Made by a program: the position numbers and the translations under genes. From assembly GCA_012026655.1 (NCBI GenBank), contig JAAILG010001484.1, positions 1 to 64,000 on the forward strand: 64,000 nucleotides of DNA, read 5' to 3'. Under the pieces are notes generated by a model. That model saw only the letters and a program-made list of their open reading frames with translations, did no database searches and was not told the origin of the DNA. Position 1 is the first letter of the stretch. The number at the start of each line of letters is the position of its first letter. Of the stretch, positions 25,091 through 35,317 are shown piece by piece. This DNA comes from Hydrolagus affinis. Its lineage: Eukaryota.

Positions 25091-25889
25091 CCTGCTCTCT
25101 GTTAACGGGAAGATTGGTAGCAGAAATGTCCTTCACTTCTCAAATATGGGGTAGTGTAATGAGATCTTCCATGACCACCCTAAAGTGCAGGTAGACAGGT
25201 TAGCTTCTCATCAGAACAGCGACATCTCCAACACCGGCACTGCAGTGTCAGCTTAGAAGGTAAACTCTAACCCAGAGCTGAGCATTCCCCGACTGAGCCA
25301 AGCCTGATAATTAACAAGCTAAACCTCCTCCCTTCAAAAATTGTCATCTTTATCCAACAAACCTCACAGCTGCTTATTTCCCACAAAGCTTCAGTGCGCC
25401 TGGGACCCGGAGGCAGCTCTATCTCTGGAAGGAAACCGAGATCAGACCATTGGATGATTGACAGCCAGTGAATCAGCATCATTGCACTCAGCTCCTGACA
25501 AAAGCCTTTGGTGCTTTGGAGAGTCTCTGCTCAGAGGCAGTAGCTCAGTCTCTGGCACAGAGTCACGCACTGCCCTGCAACCAGCACATTAGGCATGTTG
25601 CCGTTGCATTAGTAATCCCCCTGCCCCCAGTGCCCCCAGAGCCCAGTGACCAGCTCTCGGCAGAGATCGATGTTCTGCAGCATCTTATAAATTATAAATT
25701 AAGGCAATAAAATAAATTGGGCAAAACACTTCAAACACTTGCATGACTGGGGCCTAAGTGCATATTAAAAACAGGAACTGAACTTAAAGAGGAACAGTCT
25801 CTACCCTGACTATAGACTTTAACCAGAACCCTTCTTTTTGCTGTTAATGTTCTGATCTGATGTTCTTGCAGGGTTTGGGTTCTTACTGC

Positions 25890-26045
25890 TGGCCTTTGGA
25901 TGAGATGTTAAAGACTGTTTGAGGCACTACTAGACAAGAGAAGGGAGTTTCTTCCTGTCCTGCTAATGTCATATTATGCTCCAGAAAACATTGTTCATTC
26001 ACTTCACGGCTGTTGGTGGGACATTGCTGTGTGGGATTGGACAGA
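25890..26045 (+). mobile_element. Old diverged Deu-domain SINE relic
   Basis: GGATGAGATGTTAAA...GAAGGGAGTTT...GGCTGTTGGTGGGACATTGCTGTGTGGGATTGG. Confidence 0.5.
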
Positions 26046-26554
26046 TAGGAGTGAAGTGAAAGTTCAATTTGCCCACAGTGAGGTACACGGAGCAGAAGCT
26101 GAGGGAAGGTCAGAGGGAGTTTGTCAAAAAAGGAGATGTTTGGAGGCAGCAGACAATAGTTAAACTACATCATTTCCAATCTAAATTCCGTATAAGTGTA
26201 GGAAATCTGCTAAAGTCACTCTGGGCTATTTTGTGGTATTCGAGTAAAGTGCTGATTCCAGCTTCCCTCGTATGACAAAAAAGCTAAATTGTGATTTCTG
26301 AAAGTCACTAAAGTACAAACATGGTATTTTGCAGATCTGGACGTCCTGATGCAAGTCGGATTTGGATCCGATTCACTCCAAATTATGGAATTGTGAATGT
26401 GTAAATTCAGAATTATTATCAGGAAATATTGAATATGGTTAACAACAACTTGCACGTATATAGTGAGTAGTGTATGAGTCCTGAACGGTGGTGTGTTTGT
26501 GGTCTGACTCAGAGCAGGATAGAGACAGACATTGTGATATTATCGTATGTCACA

Positions 26555-26675
26555 GCATATTTGTTTCGCCCATAAATATACAGTCAGTTCACTTTACAGT
26601 ATATTCGGTGAAGCACTTTGAGACGTCGATAAGATGTGAAAAGCACTATATCAAATGCAAGGATTATTATTATAT
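26555..26675 (+). mobile_element. SINE tail fragment
   Basis: TTTCGCCCATAAATATACAGTCAGTTCACTTTACAG...ATCAAATGCAAGGATTATTATT. Confidence 0.85.
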
Positions 26676-27435
26676 TGTGGGTATATTGACAGGGTAACAA
26701 TCTTTAATTATCACCTTAACAGTGTTTGAAATTGGATATTTGAAGAAAAAGATTCATGGAATATACATCCTCTGTTCCCATCTTTCCTAAGAATCTTCAA
26801 AGTGAATCTTTAATAAACTCATAAAATTTTTGAAGGCTCAATCGTTTTAAAAATGTATGACAATGTCCTTTGATTTCTGATGGCTGTGAATTAAGTCAGG
26901 AGAAGATGCCAAAGGGACAGACCCTCACCGTGGTAAAGGCCATTTCCCCAGCTCACTTAGAAGAACATTTTACATAATTTAACGCAAAATCAAATTGCTA
27001 CTGAAAGAAAATCACATCACTGGACAAAGCACATTTACCTTGTACAAGCCCAGTCCAAACTGACCACTCAACACCTCCAGAGGCCCAATAGCTATATGGT
27101 CTGAGCGTTAAGATTTTGATTTGCAGGTGTTTGAGAAATTCTTCACATCAGTTTTAATTTAGAAGCCTTTTTTCAAATGTGCAAATCATTTTAGGAACCA
27201 GCTTCCAAATTGATGCCAAATTTAAGAATTTGCAAAAATTCTGGCTTATTTGAAGGTTAAGAAACTGGGAGAGTTTTCAGGCTTTTTAGTAACAGAACCA
27301 CAGGACATTTGATCAGATCTAGATTGCAATGAAAAGCTAAACGATTCTTCGTGACTCTATTTGTGAATAACCAGAGTGCTGTGAAGGCACAGATCACTGT
27401 GCTCAACTATAAATGGCTTTTACACTCAATACACA

Positions 27436-27780
27436 GGAGCTCCTGTGGCTCAGTGGCTAGAGCACTTGTCTTGCAAGCTGGGGAGACCAAGCTGGGGAGA
27501 CCTGGGTTCAAATCCAGGCAGGTCAGGGCGAAACCTTGGGCAAGTTTCCTTACTCCACACACACGCCTAATAATAATCCCTCCAAAAAAACCACAATAAT
27601 AAAATTGGTCATTTCAATCCACGACTGTTTGTGGGACGCTGCTGTGCGCAATTGGCTGCCACGATTCGCCCACAAATATACAGTCAATTCACTTTACAGT
27701 ATATTCTGTGAAGCGCTTTGGGACATCGATAAGATGTGAACAGCGCTACATCAAATGCAAGGATTATTATTATTATTAAT
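27436..27780 (+). mobile_element. Full-length tRNA/Deu SINE
   Basis: A box TGGCTCAGTGG, B box GGTTCAAATCC, Deu core, L2-like tail and (TTA)n; internal 14-bp tandem duplication at 27474-27501. Confidence 0.9.
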
Positions 27781-28376
27781 AGCAGACTGCCGCACTGCTA
27801 TAATTCACGGAAAGTGGATGTAATTCTTCAAAGCAAAACTGTATTTCCAAACATAGAAATCGTTAATGTTTTGTGAGCTATTAAAACAAATTTTTTTTTT
27901 GCTTTCCAGTTGTGTCCAGGTGATGCGATTGCCTCTCTGTGAGCACCACAGGAATGGATGGGCTGCCTTGTGAAGCAGACATTAGTGGAAGTTCACGAAG
28001 CGCTCAGTGCAGAGTGCCACATCTTATTACTTTAAAGGAAAAGTAGATCAGTGGCGACGGGAAGCAGAATTGACTATTTTGCAGCCTGACTTGATGATGA
28101 TTTAATCAACTGTGCTGCTTTCAATTCTCATCCCGGCAGCTGTCTCTTCACAGGTGCTCCTGAAACATGCTCCTGCACAGACAGGCCACAGGGACGATTG
28201 CTGTCATCCTTTCCAAGCGAGGTGATATGTAAATCCTGGACGCAAGACTGCTATCAGAACACTGGCCTCACATGGAACTGAGAGGCCAGGGTGAGGAGTC
28301 CATTTCAACACAACTAATTGTCCTGGTTAAGAAAGGTTAGCGTGTGTTTTGGTTAGGAAAGCTTAGTGAGTGTCTC

Positions 28377-28790
28377 GAATTCAAGATCCTTGTTCTCACT
28401 TTTAAGGCCCTCCACAGCCTTCCCCTCCTACCTCTGACCCACTGACATCCTATCAAACTATCTACTGGCAGGCTCCGGTCTGCTCCCTATCTCCCGTCCG
28501 ACCCATCCTACCATCAGCGGCCGGGCTTCAGCCTCTCTGCCCTTAAGATTTGGAACTCCATCCCACAATCTCTTCGACTGGCTCCCTCCTTTGCCTCCTT
28601 CAAGGCTGGTCTCAAGACCCTTCTCTTCGACTGTATCTTCAGTTGCCTTCCTACCTCTCTTCCCTCCCTCATCCCAACCCTTCCCCCCTGCCCCTCCCAT
28701 GCTTGGTTCTAATCCCTGACCGTTCAACATCTTGGGACGTCTTCCCGACCTGAATGGCACTCTATAAATGTTATTTTGCTGTTTTTGTTG
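28377..28790 (+). mobile_element. L2 LINE 3' fragment
   Basis: AATTCAAGATCCTTGTTCTCACTTTTAAG...TTTGGAACTCCATCCC...CTTCAAGGCTGGTCTCAAGACC plus tail. Confidence 0.85.
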
Positions 28791-28989
28791 TCCTGGTTAG
28801 GAAAGGTTAGTGTGTGGTCCAGGTTGGGAAAGTGTGTGTGATAGTGAAATGGAATTACTGTGGAACGTTACAATGAATTAGTGCCAAAAAATGGACGTGG
28901 CTGAAATGATACAGACAAGTCATATTTCATCATTTTGAAATGTTCAGCCTGGCCAGACATAGAACAACACAAGGCTCCTTTATACTGAG

Positions 28990-29412
28990 ACATTATACCA
29001 GGGATTAAAGCGTTAAAATTATGAGGACAGGTTGCATAAACATGGTCTCTGCTCCCTGGAGTTCAGATGTTGAAGGATGATCTGATTGTGGTGTTTAAAA
29101 TAATAAAGGGATTTGATAGGGTAGCTATAGAGAAACTATTTCCTCTGGCGGAGAATCCACAAAAAGGGACATCATCTTAAAATTAGAGCCATGCCATTTA
29201 GGAGTGAAATTAGGAGTAATGGAAATCTGGAACTTTTCCTCCCAAAAAAGGCTGTGGATTATGGTTGGATTGATTCAGAGAGACAGTTGTTAAGTCAGGA
29301 TATTAAGAAATGGGACAAGGGGGGTAACTGGACTTGAGGTACAGGTATGCCATGATCTTAGAAAATGGTGAAACAGGCACAAGGGCCTGAATAGCCTACA
29401 CTTTTTATGTTT
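28990..29412 (+). mobile_element. CR1 LINE 3' fragment
   Basis: ATACCAGGGATTAAAGCGTTAAAATTATGAGGACAGGTTGCATAAA (IPG.K.LNYEDRLHK); reverse-complement match to 24100-24560. Confidence 0.85.
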
Positions 29413-30790
29413 CAAGACATTACTGTGTACAAATGGCTACCATGTATGCCCACAATTTAGTCACTGCCTTTAACAATATAGGAGAGGCTGTGAAGTGTTT
29501 TGAGACATCCTCTCAATGTGAAAGGCACTACACCTATTGTAAGTATTATTATTTAACATTCTACAGCAGCATTAAGATAATACGCTGTAAAGAAAATGGT
29601 TTCTCTCCAGAAACAAAGAGTTAATGGTGCAGATTGGCAGACCAGCTTGCTGTGCGTGTGGGAGGGTGTGAAGGATGGAACACCATTGCCACGGTCCAAA
29701 CCAAGAGAGCCAATTTGATGTGTTGCTGTCAGGGGTCTTATAAAAGCCAAGCGCCCTGATGCTTTTCTGATGTGAACAGCCACATTGCAAAATGGTTTTA
29801 GTCTCTCACTGCGTGAGGCTCCATCTGCCGCTGAGCCACAGTGCTGTCGTGTGCCTGCCAGTCACAGCTTGGATTAAAATTAGCTGGGGAGGAGGCACTC
29901 AGTCTGCTAATTACATTTTAATCATTAGAAATGTGTTGGCAAATCAACCCTTGATTGCCATCTCTGAGCCCATCTTTCTCCAGCTGAGCCTAGGACCTGA
30001 GCACAGCCCTGCTGGGTACCTCCCTGCCTGATGTGGATGTGCTGATGACTTTTCCCAGCCGGCCCTGCTGCTCAGGACGATTGGGAAACGTTATTAAAAA
30101 GCCACAAGACTCTTTTCAAATCGGTGCCACTTGAGCTCCATCCGTTCTTGCGTCTCTATATTTAGAGTAAATCAGCCACTTAACCCACCGCTGCTTTGTC
30201 CAAAAAAAACCCTGAAGCTGGTTGCAGTCACACTGTGGTGCTCAGTTTACTGGTGCCATCTCTCCTCCGTCGCCACAACCCTCACAATCATTTACAAAGA
30301 TAGACACACTGTTCTACTAGAATCATTCTCTCTAAGGTTCCCTCACACGAGTATATTCCATCATCTGCCTCTTAACCCTTCATGGGCAACTTGCTGAACT
30401 GATGCAAAGGTACAAATGTGTGGTAGAAGGAAAGGGTGAGTCATGATACTTTGCTTCTCACTCAGCAGAGGTGCAGGAGTTTGGAAATATTTATGTTCTA
30501 CCCACTTGGTGCAGCACCAGCAGACACATGGGGACAGAGTAGGGAGGGAGCATTACAGTAAATATCTCAAGTGGGGAGCGAGCAACACATCTCACACCTT
30601 GTGTCTCTTTCTGTCTCATCACTTTGTGTGTGAAAGAGTTACCTTCCCTGGTCTACGCTGGGTAAATGAGAAGTCAGGGCTGTGGACAGACATGGCCTAC
30701 CTGCCAACACACTCACTGCTTGATTAAAATGCAAATCTGCAATGACTTACGAAGCCCAATTGACCTCAGGGGAGGCATCGGCTTCCTTAC

Positions 30791-30865
30791 CAGAATATCC
30801 CTCTTGTTCGGGTGGCACAGAGCGGCAGGGATCAATTCCCAAATGGGAATATTTATATTCCACAT
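30791..30865 (-). CDS. Candidate alternative first coding exon (MWNINIPIWELIPAALCHPNKRDIL), unproven
   Basis: GGG-ATG, 25 open codons ending exactly at CTG|GTAAGG (phase 0); TATAAAG at 30924-30930 (minus) and CCAAT at 30965-30969 upstream. No homology recognised. Confidence 0.3.
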
Positions 30866-32029
30866 CCCAACAAATAGCTCTTCCCTCTGCCAGCTCCCAC
30901 TGTAACCTTTCCCTGAATTGGCTCTTTATAAGGGACCCTGACACGAGATGTTACGACAGACTGACCAATAGCAGACGTGGATCTCCCCACTCGCTGGGCT
31001 GTGTGTGTGACAGCCAGTGTGCTACTGCACGGGTTCATTTTCACACAGCTTGATGGAAAATTGGAATTTCTCCAAAATTTGTTTTTTTTGTTGCATTTAT
31101 TTGAAGAATCTGTTCTCCACAGATGTGTAGACCACACATCCTAATGAGGCACCAGTCAGTCAGCCACCAGCCACCAGCCCAGCACAGAGTCTGACAGGCT
31201 CTTGAGCAGATGGTTGCAGCTTTCAGTCCTGGGGTCACCCATCACTCAGGCTCACCTAAGACAACATATCACCAATGTTGGGCTGTGCTGCTGTAAGGAG
31301 CTTCCCAAGGGCTGCAGTAAACACCACAACACTTTGGATTCAGACACTAATCCTCTACAGTTTATCACCAGCTCTGGCCCCACACAGGCAGATCACATTG
31401 CTCGGCTCGGCAAACGGCCTGTCAATCATTCTTTTAGACATTTCAAAACACAAACTAAAAACCTTAAAAAGAAAGCTGAAATGTATCAAACCACCTTGTC
31501 AGGAAGACTGGTCCCTCGACAGCTGTGAAGGCAGCACATGGAGCCAGCAGCAGCACAAGCAGATGGTGCTGGAGGCACCTTTGTGTTGTGTCCCTCCCTG
31601 GCGTATGACAGGCTGAGGAAGCAGCGCTGGTGTTTGCCAGCAGCAGGTAACGGCCATTTGTTCCACTGGTGTGAAGCAGTGACTGGCACAAAACCAGGCG
31701 TTCCCCTGGCCACTCGCTTGAGAAGCTCCAGCCAGACCCAGCGCAGAGGCCTCAGACAGTGAACCTTAGGCTCCTGAAGATAGTTGGCAGTTTTTGATGG
31801 AGCTTTAATCATTATTCTAACTGTACCGATGTGTAGTTATTTAGTTATTTCTAGCATTCCAATACAGTCCACCATTATATAGCATGGCAGCTGTAATTCT
31901 GTTAACCTCCAGTTGTCCAAGGCCAAACTGTACGAGAATTAGCCCACTCAAGATCAAGGCTGGTTTCTTCTGGCTGATTGTAGCTTTGGTCTCTGCCCCA
32001 ACTAGCTAGAAAGCTCTGTCAAAACCTCT

Positions 32030-32420
32030 TTGTTTTCCTTCCTCTCTCACAGCCTGCTTGGTCTACCTCTGCTCTATCCTCCTCTCTCATCCACTTCAGT
32101 AGGGCCGCACTCCCCCTGTTTCCAATCCATATTGCCCCCATCACCTCCACTTCATCTCCTCACAGCACCTGTCAAGTATCCTGGCTCCTGCTCGAAGTTG
32201 GAAGGCCCTCACTCTCTGCTTCCTTCTATGTATCCATCTCGATCCATCCCCCTCACCCCATCAATCCTCTGCCTCACCCATAACTAGCTGTCTTTAAATC
32301 CCACCCACAAACCTCACTCTTTGACCCTACATTGTGATCTTGTCCTGTGTGCTGGGAGACTCACACTGTACCTCTCAATGCTCCAAGACATTATCATACG
32401 TTGCAGGCACCGTACAGTTG
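32030..32420 (+). mobile_element. Diverged L2 3' fragment
   Basis: Pyrimidine-rich; CTTTAAATCCCACCCACAAACCTCACTCTTTGAC resembles the FKS.LKT.LFD coding motif. Confidence 0.5.
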
Positions 32421-33459
32421 TTGCCTTCAAAACCTTTGCAAAACCATTTCCCTTGGACTGCTACTTTGATTTGGATAAATAATAATAAACCTTACATTTT
32501 AATGTCAAATCCCTCAATGCCTCCTGCTTGGGGCTCTCTATCATGTTTGTAAATCTCCTTTGAGACATTCATTCATTTGATGTGCTGTGTAAGTGCAAGT
32601 TGTCCCATTGCTAGGAATCCTCTGAACATGTCTGGTGCTGATGAAAGCTGGTTTTGGTTTTGTTGACACTCAATGTGCCAATTTCCATTGGAAAATAAAT
32701 ATTTGGGGATACAATACATAGTTTGGGACAAAACATGTCATGCGACTGCCAGGATGGTGGAAGATGAGTTGGATGGAACCTTGGTCTTCTTTCACCAGAA
32801 AATCTTGGTGTCCTTCTCATGTTCTTAACTTTTGGCTTTTGAAATGGGCTGACACCACAAAGGCTCTTTATAAACAGGATCTTGCACAAGATGTGACAGC
32901 CTTCAATAACAATAGCAATCAAGCTAACCTGACCCACAGTTGTCAGATCTAGTGTTACCAGCAAACTGTTGTATTGTGGATAGGAAACAAATTCATGGCT
33001 ACACTTTATGCCACTTTGGCTTTAGATATGTTTAGCTGCAACAACATGAAGCTCTAATACACTCTTCCAATTGGCTATGATAGATTTCCAAAAAAACATA
33101 AATGGCATAAAATGAATTTCACACATTGAGCACCAGGAGGTAGAGAATATGCCAGGCTTTGTTTCTGTGAATGTTGTTGCTTTTATATCTGCTGGCACTA
33201 ACAGACCTAGTCAGCTATATTTCATCAGCTTACACACTACAAAATGTCAAGTGAATCTCTGGGTGCAGCCTGCCTGGCGACGTGAAACTCACACTCAACA
33301 AGAAGGTGCCCACGTGCTCACCGAGCAGAGAATCAGGCCTCACTCAGCACCAAGAGTGAAGGCAATGTAGCAAACAGCATTGCTTTAGTAAGCACTTGTA
33401 CACACATCAAATATACAGTATTTCACCCTCAACAGACAAGAACATTTTAATGCATCGTG

Positions 33460-33565
33460 CAGAAGCGAGATCTGGGCCGGTCACCACACTGCCCTCGGCC
33501 GGCTGTAGAGAGGAGGAGACCGTGGACCACCTCTTCCCGGAGTGTTGTTTTGCAAAGGCAGTTTA
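33460..33565 (+). mobile_element. Tx1/L1-clade LINE ORF2 fragment (C-terminal CCHC zinc knuckle)
   Basis: CPR..(frameshift)..CREEETVDHLFPECCFAKAV. Confidence 0.65.
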
Positions 33566-33847
33566 ATAATAATAATCATAATCCTTGTATTTGATATGGC
33601 GCTTTTCCGGTCTTTTAAACGTCTCAAAGCGCTTCACAGAATATACTGTAAAGTGAATTGACTGTATGTTTGTGGGCAAAACACGGCAGCCAATTGTGCA
33701 CAGCGGTGTTCCACAAAGAGTCATGGATTGAAATGACCATTTTTTTTTCTTGAAGGATTATTACCAGGCATGTGGAGTAAGGAAACTTGCCTAAGGTTTC
33801 GCTTTGCCTGGATTTGAACACAGTTCTCATGTTTGTAAGGCGAGTGT
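33563..33847 (-). mobile_element. tRNA/Deu SINE, head partly deleted
   Basis: Tail, Deu core and partial head TGTAAGGCGAGTG. Confidence 0.85.
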
Positions 33848-34329
33848 GGAGATGCACTTTGCATACATACATGGGAGGGAAGTTAAATATTTACTAGTCA
33901 ATATCTGCAGCACAAGTTGAGACTTGCACAACTGTGATGGCAAATAATTGTCATGAAAAGGCAGGCTGATTCAACATGCAATGTGAACCTAGAAACACAG
34001 TTGACACATTCCTTATCACTTTGCTATTGTACCAAAGAACACTCAATGCCATTACAGCATATGAACAATGATAAATCAAAAGCTTCAGGTTGAACTGTGA
34101 TGCATTTGTAAATGAAAGTTACATCCACCATTCAAAATGCCCAAACTAGAAAGACATTATAATAATTACATGTAGTTCTGAACCAGTTCTAGTTATAGGA
34201 TTTCTGTTGGCTGAAAATGATAGAGAAAGCTTTTGTTTATAATAATTTACTGTTGATATGGCATATTTTACTTTGCCACATCTAAGTTCCAACCTCCACC
34301 AAAAATCGCCTAGACCTTTGCGAGAAAGA

Positions 34330-34615
34330 TTGGAGAAAGATAGATTTGAAGACAGATGGAGTGTACATCGCAGTTCATCCCTGGGTGTCACGGCACTCGG
34401 TGCTGTACGGCCTCTTCCTGGGCATTCACAGCCAAACCCACATTGGGTGGCCTGGAGGATCATAAATTTGGTAAAGGAAGCCCTCTGGCGTTCCCAATAC
34501 CAAGTGGTCTTCTGGCAGAACGAGGGGATGGTGAGAGCCTGTCTCAAGCCCGCTCAACGTACACAAGGATCAGGGACTATGTACTGAGGGATAAGCTAAC
34601 TTTTGGCTCAATCCC
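34330..34615 (+). mobile_element. Tx1/L1-clade LINE ORF2 extreme C-terminus
   Basis: AWRIINLVKEALWRS and RIRDYVLRDKL, typical Tx1-type C-terminal motifs across a frameshift. Confidence 0.65.
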
Positions 34616-34977
34616 AATCCTGTGCAAACCACTCAGGGCACCCAATGGGTAGCCCACCAGCGTAACCAAAATGGACTGAAATAAACATGAAGGTACAGAA
34701 AAATATGTAAATAAAGTGTGTCGTGAAAATATATGTACAGTAAACATGTGTGCATACGTGTGCGCCATCCGAAAGTAGCGGGTGACCTTCTCAGGGTGAG
34801 CGCAGGCATGCACGTGTTTATGGTGAACACAGGGGAGACTCACGACTGTTTATAAAGAATGTGCACAGTTTGTGGAGAAGAAATGCACCATAAACAACAG
34901 AGTGATTTTTGTATCGGGGGATAAAGGAAAAATGGAAAAGAAGATATTGTATTTGGTTTCGGATTTCTGTTACACCA

Positions 34978-35317
34978 AATAATGATAATAATAATAATAA
35001 TAATCCTTGCATTTGATATAGTGGTTTTCATGTCTTCTAGACGTCTCAAAGCACTTCACAGGATATACTTTACTGTAAAGTGAATTGCCTGTATATTTGT
35101 GGGCGAAACATGGCAGCCAATTGTGCACAGCAGTGTCCCCCACAAACAGTCGTGGATTGAAATGACCAATTGTATTATTGTGGTATTTTTTGAAGGGATT
35201 ATTATTAGGCGTGTGGAGTAAGGAAACTTGCCCAAGGTTTTGCCCTGACCTGCCTGGATTCGAACATAGGTCTCACGCTTGTAAGGCGAGTGCTCTAACC
35301 ACTGAGCTACAGGACTC
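34978..35317 (-). mobile_element. Full-length tRNA/Deu SINE
   Basis: (TAA)n tail, Deu core, head with B box GTTCGAATCC and A box TAGCTCAGTGG. Confidence 0.9.
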
